A stretch of DNA of 64,000 bases from assembly GCA_963514005.1 (NCBI GenBank), contig OY740800.1, positions 27,404,001-27,468,000 on the forward strand. The letters are read 5' to 3'. This document shows positions 38,882-49,840 of the stretch, in pieces. The translations under genes were made by a program, and so were the position numbers. Source of the stretch: Raja brachyura (taxonomy: Eukaryota). Position 1 is the stretch's first letter, and every line of letters begins with the position of its first letter. The notes beneath the pieces were generated by a model. The model was not told the origin of the DNA. It did no database searches and saw only the letters and a list, made by a program, of their open reading frames with translations.

Positions 38882-40320
38882 TTAGGGAAATTGATCCACC
38901 AACAGTCATAAAACACAAAATACCTGAAACATGAAATTAAGGTGACGAGTGGGAGGATTGGGGATGTGCAAAGATTTGGTGGGGGGGGGGGGGGGGTCAG
39001 TCTACCCCATGGCAGAAGTGGAAGGAGTTGTACAATTTGATGTACAGGGAAGAAGGATCTCCTGTGGCGTTCTGTCCTGCATCTTGGTGGAACCAGTCTG
39101 TTGCTGAAGGTTGACCACTGTGTCATGGAGGGGGTGAGCTGTATTGTCCAGCATGCTCTGCCGTTTGAGGAGCATCCTCCCCTCCAAGACCATTTCCCAT
39201 GAATCCAACTCCACCCTCAGGATGGAGCCAGCCTGCCTGAAGTGTTTGTTAATCCCATTGCCATCCGCCGCCTTCGCCCTGCTGCCCCAGCACACGACAG
39301 CAAAGAAGACGGCACTGGCTACCACCGATTGGTAGAACATCTGCAGCATCTTACTGAAGATGTTGAAGGAGCGGAGCCTCCTCAAAATGTATAGCTGGTT
39401 CAGTCATTTCTTGCACAGAGCCTCAGCGTTCCTGGACCAGTCCAGTTTACGGTCGAGGTATACTCCAAGGTACTTGTACTCCCTGGTAAAGTGTACATTC
39501 ACACCATTGATGGGGACTTGGGACAGGGGTGTTCCTCTCCTCCTAAAGTCTACCACTATCTCCTTAGTCTTGTCGGTGTTGAGCTGCAGCTGATTCAGCC
39601 CACACCACTCAACAAAGTCGTTGACTGCACCTCTGTATTCAGCTTCCCTCCCCTCACTGATGCAGCCCACAATTGCAGTCATCTGAAAACTTCTTCAGCT
39701 GGCAGGAGACCGAGATATATCTGAAGTCCGTGGTGTAGATGGTGAACAGGAAGGGAGAGAGGACCGTCCCCTGTGGGGCCCATGTGTTGCTCACCACCAT
39801 GTCCAAGACACAGTTCTGTAGCCTGACATATTGTGGGTGCCTAGTCAGGTAGGTGGTGATCCAGGACACCAATGGAGCATCCACCCGCATCTTCATCAGT
39901 TTTCTTCATCTGATGCAGGCCTGATGGTGTGAAACGCACTAGAGAAGTCAAAAAACATGTCTCTCACAATGCTTCATGGCTTATCCAGGTGAGCATAGGA
40001 ACGATGGAAAAGATGGATGATGGCGTCCTCATCCCCCATCTTTATTTATAAGCAAAGGGGGTCCAGGTATCGTTTACCCAGGGGTGCACGTGAGTGAGTA
40101 CCAGTGTCTCCAAGGACTTCATGATGTGTGAAGTCAGCGCCATCGGTCTGTAGTCATTGGAGGAGCTGGGGCACATCCTATTTAGTACAGGAACCAGGCA
40201 GGTGGTCTTCCACATCACAGGGACTCCAAGCTCAGGCTTAGGTTGAAGATATGTTGGAATAGTCCGCACAACTGGCTGGCACACGCCTTGAGTACCCTAG
40301 GGCAGATTTCATCGGGACCA
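38882..40320 (-). mobile_element. Rex1/Babar-like LINE, RT to 3' end, frameshifted
   Basis: WKTTCLVPV..NDYRPMALTSHIMK; APQGTVLSPFLFTIYTTD..KFSDD; LQLNTDKTKEIVVDFRR..YKYLGV; RRLRSFNI..MFYQSVVAS. A fragment of the same family is at 12310-12480. Confidence 0.88.
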
Positions 40321-40468
40321 GTGACCATTGTAATCCTGCCTTGACAATGGAACACATTTGACCAATTATTTCTATGGTTTACTTACTGATCAGTTTTAAT
40401 TTCAGGGTGTTCAGAAACATAGTCAAGTCAAATTTATTGTCATCTGCACAGTGAGGTACAGGTGCTGT

Positions 40469-40760
40469 GCGGCACAGTGGCGCAGTGGTAGAGTTATTGC
40501 CTTGCAACACCAGAGACCTGGAATCATCCTGACTGTGGTGCAGTCTGTATGGAGTTTGCATGTTCTCCCTGTGACCGCGTGAGTTTGCTCACGGTACTCC
40601 CACACTCCAAAGACGTCTGCATTTGTAGGTTAAATGGCTTCTGTAAATTATTCCTATTGCGTTGGATAGAACTAGTGTTCAGGTGATCGCTGGTCGGTGT
40701 GAACTGAGTAGGCCGAAGAGCCTGTTTCCACTCTAGGCCAGTTCGTATCCCTGAACTAAA
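40469..40760 (+). mobile_element. HE1/V-SINE-like SINE
   Basis: GGCACAGTGGCGCAGTGG head and V-domain core. Confidence 0.8.
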
Positions 40761-41614
40761 CAACGAAAATATTGCTTGCAGCAGCTTAAATGGCCCGTAA
40801 TTGTAAAGCAGACAGATGAAAAATATAATTATCATAAAGTTCAATAAATTAATAACCACATAACACTAGATCACTAGGTAGTATCAAATGATGGGACAAA
40901 TGATCATTCAAGAAGATTTCAGGTGGCCCAGAAAGATACCTCCGGCAGGTCTGGACCCAGAGGAATCCCCCCCTCTGCAATATGCCTTTGATAATGGGCA
41001 GTGTTGTCACCCCTAGTCTCTCCCCTATGGTTAGTTGCAGCTGTCTCCAGCCAATACCCCTTTCTCCTGCTGTGGGGGAGAAGGGTTAAAAGGGACGAGT
41101 TGGCTGTAGGAACTTCAACCTGAAATGACCACCACAGATGCTACCTCGCCTTTAGTTTTTTTTCAATGACACTACAGAATTGGGGCACAAAACATTCACA
41201 CACTCTAATTCCCCAACCTCTTTACAGGGTCTATCCCATGTCGCTGTTATGATACGATAAAACTTTATTTATCTCAGGAGGGAAATTGGTCTGCCAACAG
41301 TCCTAAAACACAAGAGAGGAAAGAGAAACAGAATGAAATTGAAAGTGGCAGAAAAAGTAAGCAATGAAGACTAACCATAATGAAGACATCCCAGGGTCAA
41401 ATAAAGTCATTTGAAACTCTGTGTGACTATCTTCCCACGTTCTAATTATTGCCAATTACAGTCTCCTGTGAATCAGAGACAATGTTATGGTGAAATGGTG
41501 ACATCACCACAGTCACTCACAATCTCCAAAGCACTTTCAAGAGTATTTTTATTTTTGATTTGAATTCATCCTGTTTAATTGACACTGAACAAACTATCAG
41601 GGAAGGTAAGGCTG

Positions 41615-43602
41615 CTTCTTCTTGCAAATGAAACATAAACCAAAGGAATTGTTAGATCTCAAGCCGGGTGTTGAGCAGCCAGTTTGTTGTCTCTGCGTCA
41701 ATGTCTGCCAGGCCCTGAGCTCCATTTCGTGGGTGGTAGAGCGGACACACAGAGATGACATGGTTGGCGGTCTGTTGTTCTGCTCCGCATTCACAGGCTG
41801 GGCTCTGGCGGAGTCCCCATCTCCACATGCTGGCATTGAAACGCCCAACTCCAGTACCAAGTCTGTTGAGCTTCACCCATGCTCCTCTGGGGAGTTTAGA
41901 CCCTGGACAGCTTTTATCTGGTGAAGAGATGTAGCTGTGTAATGGAAATGGGTTAGCCTTCCACTCCTGTGACCACTTGGTGGCTATCCAGTGTGCCTTT
42001 GTCTCAGTTGGCTGGATGGATGCTAGGAATTGTTTTCCAAAGGAGCAAAGGGGTGACCGGACTCTGCTCTCGGCTGATAGCCTGATGGAGGAGGTGATCT
42101 GGTCCATGGCACGGCGAGATAGTGCCAGGGTTGCTGCTTGCCTTCGGATCCCTGTTGGCAGACTGCCTGCAAGTATAGGGAGCTGCTCGACTGGAGTATG
42201 TTGATAGCACCCAGTGATGGTTCACAACGTGCTGTTCAGGCTCATGTCTACCAGGCTAGTATGCCTACTTCTACTCCATACTGGTGTGCAGTACTCAGTT
42301 GGGGCATACACAAGAGCTAAGGCAGAGGTGCGAAGAGTTGATGGACTAGCTCCCCAATTTGTTCCTGCCAGGCGTTGGATGAGGCCGCTACGTGCCATGA
42401 CCTTGTCGCGGAGACCAGCCAGGTGTTGACGAAATGTAAGCGACCTGTCCATCTTTACGCCGCGATAAGTGGGTGTTTGTTGGAAGTCCAAGCGCCTGTT
42501 GTTAACGAAGACAGCCAGCTCTCGCTTAGCTTCCTTGGTGTTTAGATGGAATGTTGTTGACACTGTTTTGCCTTCGCTTAGCTTTAAGGGGCTGTCCCAC
42601 TTGGGCGACCTAATCTGCGAGTTAAGAAGAGTGTTTTCGACCTTCAAGCTTGAGGGCACTCACCTGGAAAGCCTCGAGCTGGATCGACCGTCCGTGTTGA
42701 AACCGCGAGCTGGATCGATCGACCGCACACACACACACAAACACATCGCAAACGCGGGGCCCAGAGAAAGCGGAGAAGCGCTGTCTGCACGATGAATAGG
42801 AAGGTAAACGGAGAAAAGGGGTAGAGAAGCGGTGAGAAGGGTCTAGAAGGGGAGAGAAAGAGAGAAGGGGATAGAAAGGGAGAGAAGGGGGGAGAAGGGG
42901 AGAGGAGGGGTGAGAAGGGGAAAGAAGGGGGGAGAGAAAGGGGGCAGAAGGGGAGAGAAGGGGGGGAAGAAGGGGGGGGGAGCCGGTCGGTTTTCCTTGG
43001 TCCTGAAAATTCCAAAGAGCCAGTCAAAATGCCCGGTCAGCGAAGGAGATTGCCTATGGCTGCCCTAGACTGCCTGTAACTAAATAGTGACCCCGCTCCA
43101 CTGCACTACGAGTCAAAAAGAACCATGCCGACCAAATTTTTCAAAATGCTGAAAATGTTTCCGCAACCTAGCTGAGGCCACGAGTATTCAGGAACTTCCC
43201 TCGAACATGGTGGAGAGTTCCAGCGACCTCATAGGACCTCCTAGGACCATGTGTGGACCATGCGGTGAGTTTGAATGTCGAAGACAATCTTCTAAACTCA
43301 CAGATTAGGTCGCCCAAGTGGGACAGCCCCTTTAGACGCCACTGTCGTAGGTATACTGCCAAAGTCCACTTGCTTTGACTCAGGGAGCTTTTGATTGTCT
43401 TCCACTCTTTGTGTCTCATCAGGATGGCTAGATCATCAGCATACCAATAGTTTCCAGCGATGGTCTCTGGGAGGTCATGGATGTACACGTTGAAAAGCAG
43501 CGGAGCCAAGACGGATCCCTGTGGGACGCCATTCTTCAGTCTACGTAGCCCACTCTGCTATCCATCACTGGTCTTAACCACAAAGCTGCGGTTTGATATC
43601 AC
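41615..43602 (-). mobile_element. 5'-truncated Vingi/Ingi-like (I-group) LINE: RT C-terminal half and CCHC zinc finger, split by a MITE
   Basis: NGVPQGSVLAPLLFNVYIHDLP..YADD; RLAGTNWGASPSTLRTSALALVY..EYCTPVW; LNRLGTGVGRF..CECGAEQQTANHVISVC; short 3' UTR and GAAGAAG tail. No RNase H seen. Clade assignment is from recalled motifs. Confidence 0.75.
42587..43331. mobile_element. Non-autonomous PIF/Harbinger-type element with internal purine-rich tract
   Basis: TIRs AGGGGCTGTCCCACTTGGGCGACCTAATCTG / CAGATTAGGTCGCCCAAGTGGGACAGCCCCT. TTA TSD at 42584-42586 and 43332-43334. G/A tract at 42800-42981. Confidence 0.9.
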
Positions 43603-44003
43603 TCTCTGCAGCTTTTGATATAAGGCTATGAATTAGTCAGGCATTGAATTACGCTGATAAACCATTCTGAGTATTAATATCACGCGGCTCAATCCCCACC
43701 AAAGCCTCATGGTTAATTCACGTCTGTAGACTCCAGAATATTTCCGCTGTCACACAGAGTATTACCGATCAGTTTCTGTTCAGAGCTATCCAGGAACATG
43801 GTCAAATCAAGTCAAGTGGAGTTTATAGTCATATAACAAGCATGGTGAGGTACAGGCATAAGTTTGGGCAGTAGCACCACAGGCACATAGACTCAGACAA
43901 CAAACAAAAATAAATTATTCATAAACACTGCCGTGAAAAGAAAGACTGTGCAACACAAAAACAAAATATTGGAGTAAAAGTACACAATTAAATAACAATT
44001 AGA

Positions 44004-44132
44004 AACCCTAAAGAAGGGTTTCAGCCCGAAACGTAGCCCATTTCCTTCGCTCCATAGATGCTGCCTCACCCGCTGAGTTTCTCCAGCATTTTTGTCTACC
44101 TTCGATTTTCCAGCATCTGCAGTTCCTTCTTA
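44004..44132 (+). mobile_element. PLE-derived hammerhead repeat (mutated core)
   Basis: CTAAAGAAGGGTTTCAGCCCGAAACGTA. Flanking direct repeat AACAATTAGA (43994-44003, 44133-44142). Confidence 0.8.
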
Positions 44133-44324
44133 AACAATTAGATAACATGTCCATGTTAGTGCAAGAGGGGGTCTATGGTGTTCCATTGACGAGGTAGGAT
44201 TAGGGTTGTGTGTGTTGGTTCAAGAACCTGATGGTTGTAAGAAAGTATATTTAAGGAGCGGCCAGAGGAGGTAGTTGAGGTAGGTGTAATAACAACATTT
44301 AAAATAAATTTTGACTGGTATATG

Positions 44325-45122
44325 TAGGTATGTTACAAAACTTACCTTGAGCAGTGCTGCAGTTCTGCCGCTCCCCGTGTGCGTGATTTTGACGCCGTTC
44401 AGAGGGGGGCGTGTTTAAAGTGCCGTTTTTCCACAGACTGGGCAAATCGATCCATATTAGGCGATTTCGTTGCTGAAGAAAAATCACTCCGACATTTCAT
44501 TCATGAAGGTATTTTTAAATTACGCTAGATTATTTATTAACTAGAGCAATTTAAAAATCATCTTCTAAAGCCGTGAGCACCAACAACGGGAAGGATTTTA
44601 TGTAGGGGAGAAAATAAAGTGCACAGTTTATTTTTACATTAAAACTTGGTTTTTAGGAAGCATTTAATCACATTTCATGTTGCGAAATGGGGACAAAAAA
44701 AATGTATGAACCGGCAGTGTTTTTCATGCCGACTTCACCGCAAACCGCAACGTTCTAAACCACATTCCACTAAACCGCATTCCACTAAAACCCACTCGCT
44801 AGTTGATTTAAATGGCCATTAATTTACAGGAATTAAACACTAAATTCCTTCCTTTTGGCCTATAAATTCATGAAAATGAGATTTAAAAATCATGTTATAT
44901 TGTGAATTATTGTGTGAATGTTATTTGGACACTTAGGCAATTAAAAAAAGTTTATCTTTTCTTAAGAAATGGATTGATATTTTGATCTAGTAATTGAATT
45001 TTGTAATTAGCTACAATTAGGTAACTAACGAATTATATGCTTTAATTTCAGGTCATCCAAGTAAGATTGTTTCATATTTGTTTCAGAATGCTTCAATCTA
45101 TAATAATTTTGTAACATTGCTA
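44325..45122. mobile_element. 798-bp non-autonomous DNA transposon with 16-bp imperfect TIRs and 7-bp TSD
   Basis: TAGGTATGTTACAAAA ... TTTTGTAACATTGCTA (14/16 match). TSD GTATATG (44318-44324, 45123-45129). Interrupts a CR1 3' fragment. Confidence 0.88.
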
Positions 45123-45559
45123 GTATATGGATAGGAAAGGCATATATGGATCAAACGTGGACAAATTAGACTAGCTCAGGTCAATGGAGACATGTTGGGC
45201 CAAAAGGTCTCTTTACGAATTCTAAGTGAGATTAATTGAGTTTTGTGTATTGTCACGTGTACAGTGAAAAGCTTTTGTTGCGTTGGTGACGGTAGATATA
45301 AAGGGCAGCACCTAAGTGCAGGGCCGATGGGCCGGCATTTCCCAGCGGTCGACATCGGGCTTCCTGGCCTCCCGCCCCCACCGACACAGCGCTACTCCGC
45401 CCCACGTCCCGCCCCCTCGCCAGACTGACAGGCGGCTCGACCAATCCCGCAGCCGGGTGTCCGCCTCCAGCGGATCCGCCTCTTCCGCGCTAGACGGACA
45501 GTTGCGGCGTCCAATCAGAGCTGCTGAGCGGCGAAAGAGGGCGGGAGTCACGTGACGCG

Positions 45560-45742
45560 TGTGGGCGGTGCTTGCCGAGGCGCCGAGTGAGGGGCGGCCG
45601 CCGAGTGTCCCCGAGTCCACGCAGCGCCTAGTGAGGGGCGGCCGCCGAGTGTCCCCGAGTCCACGCAGCGCCGAGTGAGGGGCGGCCGCCGCCTCCTTCT
45701 CCCCGCCCCCCGAGAGCGGGCGCTGCCGGTGGCCGGGAGCAG
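45560..45742 (+). other. Probable non-coding first exon (start approximate)
   Basis: No ATG. Ends at strong donor CAG|GTATGT (intron starts 45743). Downstream sequence looks T-rich on +, consistent with a + strand intron. Confidence 0.6.
45580..45691 (+). repeat. 44-bp GC-rich tandem repeat, 2.5 copies
   Basis: GCGCCGAGTGAGGGGCGGCCGCCGAGTGTCCCCGAGTCCACGCA starting at 45580, 45624 (1 mismatch) and 45668 (24-nt partial). Confidence 0.95.
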
Positions 45743-48479
45743 GTATGTGCCGATACAGTCAGTGGCGGCGTCCGCGCGTTCTCGGGACAGTAGATGGGGT
45801 GGTGAGGAGAGGGGGCACTTACGGAATGCGCGCCACGCGAGAGGGCCGTGTGGTGACCTAACGGCCGCACGCTCCGGGAGTTGTGAGGTGGTGCGCGCGC
45901 CCGCTCCCGCTCCCGCTCGGCCCCTCAGCCGGCGGACGGGGTAGGGGGAGGCGCGGGAGCGCACGTCTCCCCAGGTCACGGTGAGTGGATGTCACAACCC
46001 GTGTCACACACATCGCGCCGGTTCCTCCGCGGCCCCGGGGTCCTCGAGGAAGAATGCGAGCTCCCGATCACTGAACATTTGCACGCTCCCTCACCAGGGG
46101 TGAAGTGGAATGTGTGCTCGTGACCGTGGGGTGGGGGTGGAGGAGGAAGAGGGATATCTCTGATACCTTTGGTGGACACAATATGCTTGAGTAACTCAGC
46201 GGAACAGGCTGTAACTCTGGAGAGAAGGAATGGGTGACGTTTCGGGTCGAGACCCTTCAGACATTTGGGTTTGGGGTCACTGCGGTGTGTTAACTTAATC
46301 ATGGGGTCTCCATCTCCCCCCCCCCCCCCCCCAGTGGCTTGACTGGAGGAGGAGGAGAGGGGGGGGGGAGGGTGACTGCCAGAGAGTGATGTGGTTCAAA
46401 CCCTCCTTATACAGTTCTTCTGGTCTCTCCCCCTCACTGTATTCCTCTGCCAGTTCCCTGCCTGGGCTTGGGTTAACTTGAAACATAAGAGAGTCTGTTC
46501 TCTGCACACATGCCAATTGCTGTGGGTTTCCTGAAATTTGTTTGAAATTACAACTGTAGACAGGACTACCTTTAAAATGGCTCGGACCAACAGTACTTTT
46601 CAATTTTGGAAATGATGAATTGTTGTATATGTACGGTAGGTCAGTCAGCATCTGTAAATAACTTAATGAATCTAGTGTGTAAGGCGGATGAACTGCATAT
46701 GCTGGTTTAAACCGAAGATAGACACAAAAAGCTGGAGTAACTCAGCGGGGCAGGCAGTGTCTCTGGAGAGAAGGAATTTATTAAGATAGAAGGAATGGGT
46801 GATATTTTTCAGACGGACTCGACCTGAAACATCACCCATTCTATCTTAATAAATCCAGTGTTTGGCTTATACTTTTTGATTTACTGTTCTGTTGTGCCAT
46901 CATTACAGATCTGAGTGAAGCTTTAAACTGTCTGATGTAATTCACATGAATAGGGTCAGTGTTAAGTAATGGAATAAATGCTGCAAGTACACAGGTTTTC
47001 TGTAAATAGAAATCTCGTCATCCCACAAGTGTCAAATGCTTTCTGTTGTTATTTCACTTGCAGTTATAAAATGTTCACAGTTATCTTTTGCAGATGTAGC
47101 AACTGAGACCATTCAAAGGGTTGTTGACTTTGTTGATATTTAATCTATTGGAATACAAAATTATAATCTGAGTATCATGTGGACAAATATATTGAAATAT
47201 CATCTGGCAGCATAATCCTACAATTGCGAGTCATATTTTGAATAGAAACCACAGTTTAATGAAATCCTGTACTTCAAAGTGCATTAGATTTTCATGGGAT
47301 GGAAATAGACTGGAATGAGTTCCATCTCATCATTTGTGGCCAGTAAGAAATGCAGGCTAGGTATAGGAGCTGTTACCAAATTGGAAGTTGGTGGGGACAA
47401 GTATTTTTGGATATGTATTTTTATGGAGCCAGTTGCTGCAAACAAAAATGGACTGAGTTTCTGTTTATATGTCTAGCTGTAATGGGCAGTTGGCACTGAG
47501 GTGCTTTAATTGACTTTATACCTCATGTTTACTGACTGTCCTCTCCTTTTGTGGCTTGTTAATCAGGATGCACACTGCAGGAATGGAAGACTTTGTTGTA
47601 TTGATTATTTCTCCCCCTTGGTATAATTACCCATGTACTTGGGAAAACTAAAGACCTATTGCTATTTAAATTGTTCACCATGTTATTTTTGGTATGGTTG
47701 AATGCTGGTTTGACAGTTAACCCAGAAGTATGTGTAGCAACTCTGTCCTGTTTATTGTGAAGTTGCACTGGAAAAGCCATGGGCTGACATTGGGAACCTG
47801 TCTTGTTTACTACTTTATCATCCCTACCCAGACAGTCTATCTATTTCATCATGGTTGGCTGATAATACCCACACAATGGGCCAAGCGGGCTCCCATCTCA
47901 GCAGAGGGGAATAAACGTGACCTTGCAGAGACTGCTCATTCAGTGGAATATTTGAAAAATGTATAAGATGAAGTGGCACTTTGTGTGGCACTGCGGTCTT
48001 TCTGTGGGAGAAAGGGAAAGCAACGTACTATGGTATTGGAAATCTGGGGGGGGGAGAGAAAATAATGATAACTTGTATATGGTCGGGCAGCATTTGTGAA
48101 AATGAAAAAGGTTATTCAAGCTTCTATTTTATGTACAGGTTGGACTCTGGGAAGTAGGTGGAAAGATTTGTGCTTGTAATTCAAGCACAAATGAATCTTG
48201 GGTATATTTTGTCAAACTGGCCTGCTTCTCAAGTAGAAATACGTTATTGATTTATATTGTTGCATGAATTTGGCTGGTTAAATATGCTTTCTTTACCTAA
48301 TCTGGTCTCGGACTCCACATTCACTAATATGGACCAACTGCCTTTTGCAATGGCCAAAAATGCTACTGGGGGAGTTGTCCAATACTGCTGCATTAAAACA
48401 GAATGAATCCAGACAGAATACCCAGCAGGATCACTGAATTTGGATGTGTCAAAGTTGTTTTCAACCATCTTAAACGTGC

Positions 48480-49840
48480 AAAGCCCTCCTTGCAAGCACC
48501 TTGGAACACGAGTCCAAATTGAGAGCGCTATCCCACGGATTAACCCTGCAACAGCATCGCATGAAGTCTCATGGCATCAGGTCAACCATCAAAACCTCAT
48601 GCTTTCCATTTACCATCCTCCCTCAGCTGAATTAGTCATCCTTCACGTTGAACAACATTTTGGAGAAGTGCTGAAAGAAACAAGAATGTACACTGAGTGA
48701 TGAACTTCAGTTTCCATCACGAAGGGTGGTACCACGACTGACCAAGTTGGCTGACTCACCAAGAACATTGTTACTAGACTGAGACTGCAGCATGTGGTGT
48801 GTGAATCAACACAAGAGAATCATTCTTGACATTAATAATCTACTTGTAGCAAATGCGTCCATTCATTCTTTGCCATCAGTGTTGGTATAACTGACCACTG
48901 ATTCGGTATATATACTCCATATAGTAAACAAAAAACACCTGATGTCTGTTTGCCGCAATGTCTATAGGACCTGGCAACATTCTGACTGTCATTACTGAAG
49001 ACCTGTCTCCAGAACGAGCTTGGCTTGTAGTCAACTCCTTACAGTTACCACAGAGTGGAAAATTGCTAGGATATATCCAGTTCACAGCAAACGGGACAAA
49101 TGAAATCCAGCTAATTATACACTTGTTAATCAGTGGCACTTACTCACCAATATTTACTGGTTTTGGTTTTGCCAGGACCACTGCATCAAAACGCAGCAAA
49201 TGCTTGGTTCAAACAGCAACCAGAGAGCTGCATGGGTGGGGTGGGAGCTACTGTCCTTCATATCAATGCATAATTTGATTGAGGCATTAAAAAACCATGG
49301 TTGAAATAAACTTTGGTGGACACCAAGTGGAAAATACTCCCAATAAGTTGTGGTTGTGGTTCTTACAGGTAAAGTATACCAGCCCTGCAGGCATTTCTCA
49401 GGGCGAGGTCATGGCCCAGCTACCTGAAGCAACTTCATCAATGATCTTCCATAAGTGGGGATGTTCATTGTGAAACGTTCAAGTTCATTTTTTTGTTTTT
49501 AGCAAATGTGACGGTCGACCCCTGCATACAGCGAGACCTGGATGACAAATTAGTTTTGTTAATAACATTAATGCCATAAGTGCCATGTGAATACCATCTC
49601 CAATGAAAAGTTCTTGCCAACTGCTCATTATATTCAAAGCCCAATGTTAGCATTCTTCCAGCTGTTGCAGATGCTAAGACACTCAACTGGATTGGCAATG
49701 TAAATGCTGTGGCTATAAGGACAGGTCAGAAGTTAGATATTCTTGGTACTGATGTCTGTTGGCCAGCCAAAGCTTTTTTACAAGGCACAAGTAAGAGGCA
49801 TGATGGAAAGCTCTCTGCTTTCCTGGACTCCAACAAAGAA
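48480..49840 (+). mobile_element. Ancient, heavily deleted CR1/L2-group LINE (APE endonuclease to RT remnants)
   Basis: HEVSWHQV..NLMLSIYHPPSAE..HVEQHFGEVL (ORF 48440-48700). Downstream DNA resembles a recalled shark LINE family. Confidence 0.55.

Larger units (their letters stand above)
45270..46075 (+). promoter_or_regulatory. CpG-island promoter of an unidentified + strand gene
   Basis: Very high GC and CpG content. GC boxes CCGCCCC at about 45372, 45397 and 45408; CCAAT at 45441 and 45511; palindromic E-box GTCACGTGAC at 45547-45556; no TATA seen. Confidence 0.85.

Noticed and set aside
45243-46302. Overlapping ORFs in the CpG island
   Set aside because: Stop-codon scarcity in GC-rich DNA; repeated peptides come from the 44-bp tandem.
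47535-47652. Acceptor-like site followed by ATG
   Set aside because: Frame closes after about 27 codons and no convincing donor.
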